Source: Bacteroidales bacterium (GTDB lineage Bacteria; Bacteroidota; Bacteroidia; Bacteroidales; VadinHA17). Taken from it: 64,000 bases of DNA. Positions within the stretch are counted from its first letter, which is position 1; every line of letters starts with the position of its first letter. Where the stretch lies: positions 20,541 through 84,540 of the forward strand of contig JADKBK010000005.1 of the NCBI GenBank assembly GCA_016715075.1, in the 5' to 3' direction. The position numbers and the translations under genes are program-made. Positions 26,325 to 36,200 of this stretch are shown piece by piece. The notes under the pieces are model-generated. The model did not search any database, had not been told where the DNA came from, and saw only the letters and a program-made list of their open reading frames with translations.

Positions 26325-29300
26325 ATGAAAAAAAATCTGGATTACTATGGTCTTATCAGACCAAAAAGTAATTGGCACAAAATCCTTCTAACCATGAAAA
26401 TTTCAGCTTTTCTTATGTTTTGCAGTTTGGTGAACATTTTTGCTGCCCCATCTTACTCTCAATCAACAAAGATTTCGCTCAATTTCAAAGATGCAACTAT
26501 AGAAGAAGTTCTTAACAAAATTGAGGATGAAAGTGAGTTCTATTTTCTGTACAATCAAAAACTTGTTGATGTAACCCGCAAAGTGAATGTTGAAGCAGAT
26601 AAGGAACCTATTGGTGATATTCTGGCTGATATCTTCAGGAATGATATTAGATTTATCGTCTATGACAGGCAGATAATACTCACGAAAAACGATTCAGAGC
26701 CCATTTCATTGGCTCCGCAGCAACAGAGGATATCCGGAACTGTGACAGATAAGCAGGGGTCTCCTCTTCCTGGTGTAAACGTAGTTGTGACCGGAACAGC
26801 ACAGGGTACGATAACCGATATAGCCGGCAGTTATAGTATTGATGTGCCAAAAGGATCCCAAAGTCTTACATTCACATTTGTCGGAATGCAATCCCAGGAA
26901 GTAGTCATAGGGTCATTGACCCAGATCAATATTGCAATGATTGAGTCTGCGATTGGTCTCGATGAAGTTGTTGTAACCGCCCTTGGAATAAAACGTGAAG
27001 TAAAAGCTCTTGGTTTTGCTGCACAGAAAATTGGAGAACAAGACTTGTCAGCATCCAGGGAAACAAGCATTACCAATTATCTGACAGCTAAAGTTGCCGG
27101 GGTACAGGTTTTGAAAACAGCTAGTGGAACAGGTGGTTCTACCAATGTTGTTATCCGTGGTAATAAATCTTTTACTGGGAGCAACCAGCCTCTCTATGTA
27201 GTAGATGGGATGCCTATTTATAATAACTCAAATGATAATAAGTATAACGCTGTTGCCTCAGCCGGTATTGATTATGGTGATGGTATTGGCGGCATTAATC
27301 CACAGGATGTAGAATCGATGAACGTTTTGAAAGGTCCTGCAGCAACAGCGCTTTATGGTTCACGAGGGTCCAATGGTGTAGTAGTTATTACCACAAAATC
27401 GGGAAAAGGTGCAAAGAAAGGTATTGGTGTAGAAGTTAATTCAGGCGTGACATTTGAGAAATTATACCTGGTACCTAACTACCAGAACCAATTTGGTTCC
27501 GGATACGGTGATGAAGGTTATGCTGATCAGGGCTGGGGTACCGAAATCAACGGAGTTTTCTATCTCTGGCCGGATAACGGTCAGTTAGATAGCTGGGGTG
27601 CTCCTTTGGACGGAAAAACAATGATACCCAATTGGTGGACAATGCCTTCACCACTTACATCATCACAAATTTGGGATTGTCCTATAAATGATGTAATTCC
27701 TCTTGTTCCACAACCGAAGAATAATGTAAGGAATTTCTTTAATACAGGTGTTACCTATTCAAATAACCTTGCTGTAACCTCATCAAACGACAAGAGCTCG
27801 ATGAGATTATCAGTGGGGAGTATTAAAACTCAGGGTATTGTCCCCAATGAAGAGATATCAAATAGATCGGTCAGTTTCAATGGGAGTACAAGGGTGAACG
27901 ATATACTTTCCTTTGAGGCCAAGGTAAACTATATTCGTACTGAAGGTGATCAGCGTCCGCTAACCGGATATAGTGAAGCAAATCCCATGTATAATTTAAT
28001 AAGCATGCCCAGAAGTACTCCACTTGATTTTGTAAAACAACAATATGAAATCACAAGGACCAATATTCGCTACCCTGGCATTAACTATAATCCATATTAT
28101 ATGGTCAATGAGATAAAAAACAATGACTTTAAAGACAGGGTAATCGGATCAGCTTCCACAACTCTGAAATTGAGGAGTTGGTTGAGTTTAATGGGCAGAG
28201 TCGGTGTTGATTTTTACAGCCAGATGAAGCAGAATACATGGCCTCAGGATCCAAGTTCCAAGAATTATAATTCCCGGCTGGGTCAATTGACACAGGAAAT
28301 TAGCCGGATGCGTGATTTTAATGCAGATGTTATGCTTACAGCTGACAGGAAGATTACCGAAAACATTAATCTGAACGGATTAGTAGGTGCCAGCATTCGT
28401 ACCTTCAGGGATGATAATCTGTCGGTGGATGGCAGAGGATTTAAGGCAAAAGATGTTTATGATATATCAAATTTTACAGATGTCCGTACCGGTTCCTATC
28501 TGAGTGAAAAAGAGATGCAGTCGGTATTTTTTACAGGGCAGATCGCTTATAAAAACTACTTATTCTTAGATGTTACTGGTCGTAACGACTGGTCTTCTGC
28601 TCTTGGTGTCGATAATCAGTCCTTCTTTTATCCATCTGTAAGTACCGGTTTTATCTTTACTGATGCTTTTAACATTAAGAGCAATATTTTAAGTTATGGC
28701 AAAGTGCGTGCTTCCTGGGCACAGTCAGGAAATGACTCCAGACCTTATATGACACGTGAAGGCTATAACCTGTTTACAACCGGTTGGAATGGTTTATCCT
28801 ATGCTTCCAAGAATAGTACTTTGCCATTATACAATTTGAAAAACGAGCTTACGGAATCGATTGAATTTGGTGCTGACCTCAGATTTCTGCAAAACAGAAT
28901 AAGCCTTGATTTGACATATTACGACGGGAAAACCTCGAATCAAATCTTAGAGTTAGGTATTTCCAGCGCTTCAGGTTATGGTTCGCAGGTTCTGAATGCC
29001 GGTGAGGTAAGAAACAGCGGTATTGAGGCTACTTTGGGAATTACCCCTGTTAAATTGACCGATTTCCGGTGGGACATTAATTTCAATTATGCAGCTAACC
29101 ATTCCAAAGTAGTCACTCTTGATGGTAAAATCCAGACTTATCCCCTTATCGAAAGTTCCGGAGGTGAACCGGGGCTTGCCAATATTGAAGCAAGAGTGGG
29201 TGAAGCTTATGGAAATATTATAGGTTACGCATATCAAAGGGCTCCTGACGGGCAGAAAATTGTTGATGGCTCAGGATCATATGTTCGTGAAAGTAAATTG

Positions 29301-29942
29301 TCGGTTCTTGGCAACATAACACCAAAATGGATTGGTGGTTTAAATAACACATTCTCTTATAAAGGATTTGCATTAAACGTACTCCTCGATTTTAAAGAAG
29401 GTGGTAAAATTATCTCAGCTACGAAATATGAAATGACAAGGAAAGGATTGGGAGCCTGGACAGTGGAAGGAAGAAGGCCAAAGGCCAGATATGAAGAGGG
29501 TGATGTTATTCCTACAGGATCAACAATTGGCGACCCAATGCCATATACCGGTGTTTTGGATGGAGTTGTTGAAATAAAGGATGCAAGTGGTAATGTAACC
29601 GGATACGAAAAGAATACGAAAGCAGTGCCAGGTATGATATACTGGGGCAATAGAGCATGGAATGGAATTGCCGAAGAATTTGTTGAAGATGGCAGTTATA
29701 TCTCCCTGAGAGAGGCCATGCTTAGCTATACTTTTCAACCTGCACTCCTGGCAAAAACACCAATCAGCGGTTTGACAATATCAGTATTTGGCCGGAATTT
29801 GCTATATCTTCAAAATGGGATGGATTATATTGGCGTATCTCCGGAATCTGCTCCTAACACCGCAGGTGGCGCTTCAGGAATGGAGTCTTTGACTATTCCT
29901 TCAACCCGTACTTATGGCTTTAATGTTAGGATAACATTTTAA
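26325..29942 (+). CDS. susC: SusC/RagA-type TonB-dependent receptor with N-terminal STN signalling domain
   Basis: 1205 aa. STN block (ISLNFKDATIEEVLNKIEDESEFYFLY), carboxypeptidase-regulatory-like block (ISGTVTDKQGSPLPGVNVVV), plug (NVLKGPAATALYGSRGSNGVVVITTK), and a C-terminal beta-barrel ending in F. Confidence 0.9.
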   Translation: MKKNLDYYGLIRPKSNWHKILLTMKISAFLMFCSLVNIFAAPSYSQSTKISLNFKDATIEEVLNKIEDESEFYFLYNQKLVDVTRKVNVEADKEPIGDILADIFRNDIRFIVYDRQIILTKNDSEPISLAPQQQRISGTVTDKQGSPLPGVNVVVTGTAQGTITDIAGSYSIDVPKGSQSLTFTFVGMQSQEVVIGSLTQINIAMIESAIGLDEVVVTALGIKREVKALGFAAQKIGEQDLSASRETSITNYLTAKVAGVQVLKTASGTGGSTNVVIRGNKSFTGSNQPLYVVDGMPIYNNSNDNKYNAVASAGIDYGDGIGGINPQDVESMNVLKGPAATALYGSRGSNGVVVITTKSGKGAKKGIGVEVNSGVTFEKLYLVPNYQNQFGSGYGDEGYADQGWGTEINGVFYLWPDNGQLDSWGAPLDGKTMIPNWWTMPSPLTSSQIWDCPINDVIPLVPQPKNNVRNFFNTGVTYSNNLAVTSSNDKSSMRLSVGSIKTQGIVPNEEISNRSVSFNGSTRVNDILSFEAKVNYIRTEGDQRPLTGYSEANPMYNLISMPRSTPLDFVKQQYEITRTNIRYPGINYNPYYMVNEIKNNDFKDRVIGSASTTLKLRSWLSLMGRVGVDFYSQMKQNTWPQDPSSKNYNSRLGQLTQEISRMRDFNADVMLTADRKITENINLNGLVGASIRTFRDDNLSVDGRGFKAKDVYDISNFTDVRTGSYLSEKEMQSVFFTGQIAYKNYLFLDVTGRNDWSSALGVDNQSFFYPSVSTGFIFTDAFNIKSNILSYGKVRASWAQSGNDSRPYMTREGYNLFTTGWNGLSYASKNSTLPLYNLKNELTESIEFGADLRFLQNRISLDLTYYDGKTSNQILELGISSASGYGSQVLNAGEVRNSGIEATLGITPVKLTDFRWDINFNYAANHSKVVTLDGKIQTYPLIESSGGEPGLANIEARVGEAYGNIIGYAYQRAPDGQKIVDGSGSYVRESKLSVLGNITPKWIGGLNNTFSYKGFALNVLLDFKEGGKIISATKYEMTRKGLGAWTVEGRRPKARYEEGDVIPTGSTIGDPMPYTGVLDGVVEIKDASGNVTGYEKNTKAVPGMIYWGNRAWNGIAEEFVEDGSYISLREAMLSYTFQPALLAKTPISGLTISVFGRNLLYLQNGMDYIGVSPESAPNTAGGASGMESLTIPSTRTYGFNVRITF

Positions 29943-29962
29943 TACTTTAAATTATTGAAAAT

Positions 29963-31636
29963 ATGAAAAATTATTTAAAAATAATAGCTGCATTTTCATT
30001 GGTGTTTCTGATGAACAACTCCTGCACCAAAGATTTTGATCAGATGAACATATCAAGAAGCCTTGTTACTCAGGAAATTGTTGACATTAAAATGATTTTT
30101 ACAAAAGTACTGGCCGATGCAGTAGTAAACGGCGAAAATGGTTTTGGTGGTGTCTATAGTGGTATGGCGGCTGCAAATGCCTGGAATCCTTTTCAGACAG
30201 GTGAAAACAATGGTGTATGGGATGCTACTTATGGCAATTTTGGCCCTAACTTAAGTGATATTGTTGATATTTGTACAAAAAGGGCAAATGCAGAAGACCT
30301 TGTAAATTATAAAGCTATTGCACGGATACTTAAGGTTTGGGCATTTGCAAGATGTACGGATACCTATGGCGACATTCCTTATTTTGAATCGTGCCTTCCT
30401 GTCGAAAAAGCTGTCACAACTCCAAAGTACGACCTGCAGAAGGATATATATAATGATTTCTTTAAAGAACTGAAGGAAGCTGTCGCTGAACTGGATGCTG
30501 ATAAACCCGGTTATGGAAGCGCCGATATACTGTATAATGGCGACATTAATAAATGGAAAAAGTTTGCCAATTCATTAAGGCTCCGTTTGGCATTACGTCT
30601 TCGTTATGTGGATGCAGCAACAGCGACTGCCCAAATGGCTGACCTGACTGAGGCTGATTTGATTACATCAAGAGATGACGATGCTTTTATTGCCAATATT
30701 ACTGATTATCCTGAGCATAAAAACAGCCTGTATACCGATCTTGCTGCCAGACAGGCAACTGTTGTTAAGGCAAATGTTGGGAAAACACTACTAGATATAC
30801 TAAATGATAACAGCGACCCACGTTTACGGGTATTTTCAGATACGGTAAAAGGATATTATCCGCAAGTTCCTGACTATCATTACTTAAAGTACAGGGGAAT
30901 GCCTTTACTCACTGGTGCTAATCCGGAAGAAGGTTATGCATATGGCAATAATACTGTTTGTAAATGGACTGACCTGTTTTGGGTTGAGATTCGGAAATTT
31001 TATTTATTTAAAGCTTCTGAAACCTATTTTAATCTTGCCGAAGCTGCCTTGTTTAACATAAAAGCGGGAGATGCTCAGTCATATTATAAAAAAGGAATAG
31101 AGCTGGCTATGGCTGATACCAAACAGATGTACGATGATGCTGTACCTCAGCTGAAGGATGTAGTTGCGTTTTTCAATTCCGGAAAAACTCAGGAAGAGAT
31201 CGATGCCGCCCTTGCAAGTGATATTGCCCAAACAGAGATAACACAAGCTCAAATTGATGATTTTCTTAACATTGCCCCGGTAGTGACACTGACCGGCACT
31301 GACGAACAAAAACTGGAACAGATTATTAATCAGAAAATGATTGGCATGTTCCCAATGGAGCACGAAGGTTGGTGTGATCAGAGGAGGACCGGATATCCAA
31401 GAATACTGGTCGGGCAGGATAATGGTCCGCTACAGGGACATATCCCTCGCCGGATGCCGTGGCCAGGATCAGAAAAACTTATTAATACGGAACAGTACGA
31501 TATTGCATTGGCTGCCATTGGTGGTGCGGGTAAAGATGAACGAACCACCAATATCTGGTGGGAAGCCAATCCCGATCCATTCAAAGAGCATCCTGGTACA
31601 GTCGAAACACGTTCCTCTCCATGGGTTTCACAGTAG
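29963..31636 (+). CDS. susD: SusD/RagB-family nutrient-binding outer-membrane lipoprotein
   Basis: Lipoprotein signal (FLMNNSC). It sits immediately downstream of SusC. TPR-like helical content; RLRLALRLRY and the W/Y-rich C-terminus are typical of SusD-like_2 proteins. Confidence 0.8.
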   Translation: MKNYLKIIAAFSLVFLMNNSCTKDFDQMNISRSLVTQEIVDIKMIFTKVLADAVVNGENGFGGVYSGMAAANAWNPFQTGENNGVWDATYGNFGPNLSDIVDICTKRANAEDLVNYKAIARILKVWAFARCTDTYGDIPYFESCLPVEKAVTTPKYDLQKDIYNDFFKELKEAVAELDADKPGYGSADILYNGDINKWKKFANSLRLRLALRLRYVDAATATAQMADLTEADLITSRDDDAFIANITDYPEHKNSLYTDLAARQATVVKANVGKTLLDILNDNSDPRLRVFSDTVKGYYPQVPDYHYLKYRGMPLLTGANPEEGYAYGNNTVCKWTDLFWVEIRKFYLFKASETYFNLAEAALFNIKAGDAQSYYKKGIELAMADTKQMYDDAVPQLKDVVAFFNSGKTQEEIDAALASDIAQTEITQAQIDDFLNIAPVVTLTGTDEQKLEQIINQKMIGMFPMEHEGWCDQRRTGYPRILVGQDNGPLQGHIPRRMPWPGSEKLINTEQYDIALAAIGGAGKDERTTNIWWEANPDPFKEHPGTVETRSSPWVSQ

Positions 31637-31723
31637 ATATTCATAAGAAAGATTGAATGGTGTGAACCCTTATGGTTATGAAAGTAAGTTCTTTTTAGGT
31701 GAGTGGTGATCATATGTGTTTGA

Positions 31724-31757
31724 GCCCATAGAGGTGACACTTCTATGGGCTTTTTTT
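31724..31757 (+). terminator. Rho-independent terminator after susD
   Basis: gcccataga (31724-31732) pairs with tctatgggc (31742-31750), followed by T7 (31751-31757). Confidence 0.7.
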
Positions 31758-31864
31758 AAATCTTTGATTTATTTGCTTTATTATTGCCTTTGAGAATAAA
31801 TGTTGTAAATTCTCACTTCAAATAACTGCATGTTATATCGACATAATTCATTAACAGTGTAATA

Positions 31865-33865
31865 TTGTATCCAATGACCAAAAATTACATTCATTCTCTA
31901 AAAACAATTCTGCTGATTCTGTTATTCGTCAGAACGGGAGATGTCAGTGCCATTATTGGAATGGATCCTGTGATTGTTAAAAAGAATAACCCAGATTGTA
32001 TTTATAACTCTGTTGACAGACCAGGGGGGGATGAACCTCTAAAATCCATGAACAATCAAAACAGGAATGTACAAGGGCAAACATTTATAATTAACACCTG
32101 CATTACTGATTTGATTCAATTCAAAGAGTTAGTAAAAGCCGCAAGTCGGTTAAAAAAATTTGGTACTGTAAGGATTAACGTCAGTACGCTTGCAGATAAG
32201 GGCTTTCATGAGATCCCGGAAGGAGGTAATCCGTGGAATGAGTATGCCAGCAATCTGGGTGCATTGTATAAATTTTTTCCCGATCCTAAGATTGCACCTT
32301 TTATCCCTGCTGATTTTGTATTGAAAAACAGAAAATTACTACTTGATAAAACTAAAATATTACGTGAAAATGGTATGGAGGCAGCTTTTTTTGCAAATGA
32401 ACCTGCTTTTCTGCCTTCTGCTTTTTTTGATTCGTATCCGCAACTGCGAGGCCCCAGAGTTGATCATCCAAGAAGAAGTAATTTCCCATGCTTTGCACCC
32501 TGCCTGAGTGTTCTGGAAACAGAGAATATCTATTCAAATATGATGTCTGAAATGCTGAAAAATGCACCAGAGGTAAAAACGATTTATTTCAAAACAAATG
32601 ATGCCGGCTCAGGCAATTGCTGGTCCGACTGGTTATATACCGGTCCTAATGGGCCTGGGCATTGTAAAGGGGAAACAACAGGAGAAAGGATCAGTGAGTT
32701 GATGAGTGCATTTCAGGCTGGCGCTGCAAAGGCAGGCAGTAAATTAGATGTTTATCTTTCATATAGTCAGGGTTCTTCAAATTTTTCAGATGAAGAAAGA
32801 ACCGATATAGAAAGCCGCTTACCTGAAAATTGTTACTTCAAAAGCAATCCTGACAATAAGATGATATCAATAGGCAGTGACATTGGATTTCTCTATCCGG
32901 TGAAAGGAATCTGTAATGTTCTTTCAGTATTGGACGATCTGCATAAGATCGATAAAAAATCATCCCAGACTATCTTTATCAGTTTTAGCTCATTTTATGA
33001 CAGAGGTTATGAAAGTTTTAAAGTCGAAGATCTTATATTACGAATGCTGGAAGATCACCTTCTTGACAGTGCGGTGAATGATGAGCCAATACTTCAAAAA
33101 CTTCATAAATATAGCGTCGGGTGGACTGATGATAAAAATGGAGACAACTTATATAATGCCCTCATAGAATTGGATGAAGCATTCAATTATAAAAACTCCA
33201 ATCTAAGAAAATTATACGGCATATACTGGGCTGTTTCCTCCAGAATGATTAACCGTCCGCTGGTTGTAGCCCCTCAGCGACTCTCGAAGCAGGAAGAATC
33301 ATACTTCCTTCCATATATTTTCAATGTATCGGAGGAGGAAGCACGGATGGATTACCTGGATATTCACGGAGGGAGATGGACAACTTTACCGGATTCGGTC
33401 AGGATTTATGTAGGAAAAATCAGGGATGTTTGTCTTAAGCTTGAAGCCATCCCTGCATCTGCTCCAAAATATGATTTCCTCAGGGAAATGGCTCTGGCCT
33501 TAAGGGTCCATGCCAGCCTTATGCAAAGCTGTGGTAATTTTACCGAGGCACAGGAAATACGCGACAGAAACTCAACTAAGCTAAATGGTCCGGTACACAG
33601 ACCAGATAAAGAAAGCAACTGGACCGGCGATCCCGATTTGCAAAAATTCAATACAATAATGAGGGATGAATTGGATAATACGGTTGAATTGGAAAGCATT
33701 TTAAAGAGAGGTGGAATTAATGTTCTTTGCCTGGCAAAAGACAACGCTCACGAAGATTGCTTTTTATTAAATCCGGACATTATCGGACAATTAAAGAAAA
33801 AGCGTATGATCATGATCGATCACTGGCGCGATATTGAAGATTATCTCACTTCTCCATTTAAATAA
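31865..33865 (+). CDS. Secreted protein of unknown function (666 aa), possible novel glycan-active enzyme
   Basis: Long clean ORF. TTG start at 31865 per the ORF track, with an alternative ATG at 31874. Hydrophobic N-terminus. I recognise no family. The segment HPRRSNFPCFAPCL...NDAGSGNCWSDW loosely recalls DUF4838-type TIM barrels. Confidence 0.55.
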   Translation: MYPMTKNYIHSLKTILLILLFVRTGDVSAIIGMDPVIVKKNNPDCIYNSVDRPGGDEPLKSMNNQNRNVQGQTFIINTCITDLIQFKELVKAASRLKKFGTVRINVSTLADKGFHEIPEGGNPWNEYASNLGALYKFFPDPKIAPFIPADFVLKNRKLLLDKTKILRENGMEAAFFANEPAFLPSAFFDSYPQLRGPRVDHPRRSNFPCFAPCLSVLETENIYSNMMSEMLKNAPEVKTIYFKTNDAGSGNCWSDWLYTGPNGPGHCKGETTGERISELMSAFQAGAAKAGSKLDVYLSYSQGSSNFSDEERTDIESRLPENCYFKSNPDNKMISIGSDIGFLYPVKGICNVLSVLDDLHKIDKKSSQTIFISFSSFYDRGYESFKVEDLILRMLEDHLLDSAVNDEPILQKLHKYSVGWTDDKNGDNLYNALIELDEAFNYKNSNLRKLYGIYWAVSSRMINRPLVVAPQRLSKQEESYFLPYIFNVSEEEARMDYLDIHGGRWTTLPDSVRIYVGKIRDVCLKLEAIPASAPKYDFLREMALALRVHASLMQSCGNFTEAQEIRDRNSTKLNGPVHRPDKESNWTGDPDLQKFNTIMRDELDNTVELESILKRGGINVLCLAKDNAHEDCFLLNPDIIGQLKKKRMIMIDHWRDIEDYLTSPFK

Positions 33866-33877
33866 TTAAAACAGTTT

Positions 33878-34699
33878 ATGATGAAGACTTTAATCAGGAT
33901 TCTATTTGTTTTTGGAATTGTTCTGCTGGGTATTAATATTTTCGGACTGTTTAAATCAATGAGAAATCCTGCTGTCTATTCAGAGGAGCTTACTCTGCGA
34001 AACAGAATTAACGATATTTCGATAAAATATCCTGAAATAAAGGATCTGCTCAAAAGAAAAGAGTCAGAAAGCAATAAGGATTTTGCCATAAGGATAAATC
34101 AGATTGTTAAGGATGGTTTTATTCACTACTGGAAAGCTGAGGGTACAGATAAATATCACCTGCGGATTCCGGTCTGGGAAAATTACCTGTTGTATATTGC
34201 CTCATATGTAAATCCAGAGAGGTATGAACGTTATGAGTTCAGCAATTATAAGAAGAACCTTGAAAGAGGAGTGGGCTTGTGCTCAACTCACTCTACAATA
34301 GTCAAAGGAGTCCTGCTGGATAACAAAATCAAAGCTGAATTGCTTGATGTAGGAAAACATCATGTTGTGGTGAGAGCGGAGCTTGATGACTCCACAGTAT
34401 ATATCCTTGATCCTGATTTTGGTATAGTAGTTCCTTTCGATACCGCTGCCATCTCAGCAAATCCTGAATTGGTAAGAGCTCCATACAGCAAACTGGCAGA
34501 TCAGTATTACTCCGATGCAAAGGAGCCTTATACAACCGATATCCTTGTTGATATTTTTGGCAGGAAAAAATATGTCTACTCGGTGGAGAACTGGTTTGAA
34601 CCTTTCTCTTACCTGGCCATCTGGATTATTCCTTTATTATTGATATTACCTTATTTATTGAACCTGTTTTCTGTAAGGAAGATACAGACACCTGAATAA
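33878..34699 (+). CDS. Membrane-anchored protein with a transglutaminase-like Cys-His-Asp core
   Basis: TM segments at both ends. GVGLCSTHS ... GKHHVVVRAEL ... VYILDPDFG follows the order and spacing of the C/H/D triad in transglutaminase-like cysteine peptidase folds. Confidence 0.4.
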   Translation: MMKTLIRILFVFGIVLLGINIFGLFKSMRNPAVYSEELTLRNRINDISIKYPEIKDLLKRKESESNKDFAIRINQIVKDGFIHYWKAEGTDKYHLRIPVWENYLLYIASYVNPERYERYEFSNYKKNLERGVGLCSTHSTIVKGVLLDNKIKAELLDVGKHHVVVRAELDDSTVYILDPDFGIVVPFDTAAISANPELVRAPYSKLADQYYSDAKEPYTTDILVDIFGRKKYVYSVENWFEPFSYLAIWIIPLLLILPYLLNLFSVRKIQTPE

Positions 34700-34742
34700 C
34701 TGGATGGCGGTTAAAAATCACAAAACCTGGTGTTTTATTGCT

Positions 34743-34767
34743 AAAATGCAGTAATAGCTGCATTTTT
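34743..34767 (+). terminator. Hairpin plus T-run (also a tail module of the dispersed repeat family)
   Basis: aaaatgcag (34743-34751) pairs perfectly with ctgcatttt (34758-34766), with loop taatag. It is followed by tgaacgg, resembling the TTGAACAGC tail. Confidence 0.55.
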
Positions 34768-34853
34768 GAACGGTATAAGTCCTGAATATTTTTATATTGC
34801 ATTATATATAAGGTTCTTCCGGAATATCTTCCTAACACTAATAATTATCAGGT

Positions 34854-36200
34854 ATGAGACGAAGAGATTTTGTTTCAAAAGCACTTCTGGCAGGAGGTGC
34901 ACTAAGCCTCGGGATTGGTTGCAAGCGCAGGATCGAACCTGTTAATAGTGTTGACAGTAAGCCGCAGGTAATATTAAAAAGTGCCCCCGGACAGTCTATT
35001 AGGGAACCTGAAAGAGAGATCCCTGTTCTTGCAGAGACTGATGTCCTTGTAATCGGAGGTGGCCCAGCCGGTACAGCAGCTGCCATAGCTGCAAGTCGCA
35101 CAGGTGCTGAAACCTACCTCGTTGAAAGGTATAATCATCTGGGTGGACTGTGGACCGGTGGCCTTGTTCTGCCCCTTCTCTCCACCCATGCAGTGGACAA
35201 GCAGAAAAGAAACAAACAGGTAATATTCGGTATAGGAGGTGAAATGTCTCAGCGACTGGCTGATCTTGGGATGTCAATAAATGTAGAAAATCCTACAGTT
35301 GATCCTGAGGCTGCCAAGTACATTCTTGAGGAGATGATCCGTGAATCAGGAGTAAAAATGCTCTACCACACATGGGGAGCAAATGTGATCATGGATGGCA
35401 ATGCGATAAAAGGAGTGTTTGTGGAGAGTAAATCAGGAAGGATGGCTATTCTGGCAAAGGTTGTAATTGACTGTACCGGTGATGGAGACATATTCAATCT
35501 GGCCGGCGAAAATTACGATGTTATGAATTATGCAATCGGACTTGTACACAGGTTGGGCAATGTAGACCGTATTGATACAAAGAAACCCGGTTATATAAAG
35601 ATGGAAGTTGGACAGCCAACGCCTCTTCCCAGTGTCAATTGGGTAAATATGTGGGGTAAAGAAAATCAGGATGCTCTTGATGTTAATAACCTTTCGCAAC
35701 TGCAAATGGACTATCGGAGAGAAATATGGGAGAGTGTGCAGAAAATAAAAAAAACACCGGGACATGAGGAAGTATTTCTTCTGGATACGGCCTCACAGCT
35801 TGGAGTCAGGATGTCAAGGATTCTGGAAGGTGAGTATAAGCTGACTCTCAAGGATACAATGACATTCAGATCATTTGACGACGTCATTGGAATCAGCGGG
35901 GCATGGACGTCAATTCTTTATAAAGGAAAGAAAGTACCCAAAGATGAACGGCCTTTATGGCAGATACCTTATCGCTCATTGCTGCCTGTGAAAACAGATA
36001 ACCTTCTCGTCGCCGGTCGTTGTTTCTGTTTTGAAAAGGAGCTCGTTGAAGACACAAGGATAATCGGCACCTGCCTTATAACAGGACACGGAGCAGGTGT
36101 AGCCGCCGGGTTGGCAGTGAAGGATAACACAATAGTAAGAAATATTGATATTAAAAGACTAAAAGAAACTCTCAGGCAACAGGGAGCCTGGCTGGGATGA
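34854..36200 (+). CDS. TAT-exported FAD-dependent oxidoreductase (FAD_oxidored-type), probable lipoprotein
   Basis: MRRRDFVSKALLAGGALSLGIGC combines a twin-arginine motif with a lipobox-like Cys. DVLVIGGGPAGTAAAIAASRTGAETYLVERYNHLGG is a dinucleotide-binding GxGxxG motif. Confidence 0.75.
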   Translation: MRRRDFVSKALLAGGALSLGIGCKRRIEPVNSVDSKPQVILKSAPGQSIREPEREIPVLAETDVLVIGGGPAGTAAAIAASRTGAETYLVERYNHLGGLWTGGLVLPLLSTHAVDKQKRNKQVIFGIGGEMSQRLADLGMSINVENPTVDPEAAKYILEEMIRESGVKMLYHTWGANVIMDGNAIKGVFVESKSGRMAILAKVVIDCTGDGDIFNLAGENYDVMNYAIGLVHRLGNVDRIDTKKPGYIKMEVGQPTPLPSVNWVNMWGKENQDALDVNNLSQLQMDYRREIWESVQKIKKTPGHEEVFLLDTASQLGVRMSRILEGEYKLTLKDTMTFRSFDDVIGISGAWTSILYKGKKVPKDERPLWQIPYRSLLPVKTDNLLVAGRCFCFEKELVEDTRIIGTCLITGHGAGVAAGLAVKDNTIVRNIDIKRLKETLRQQGAWLG

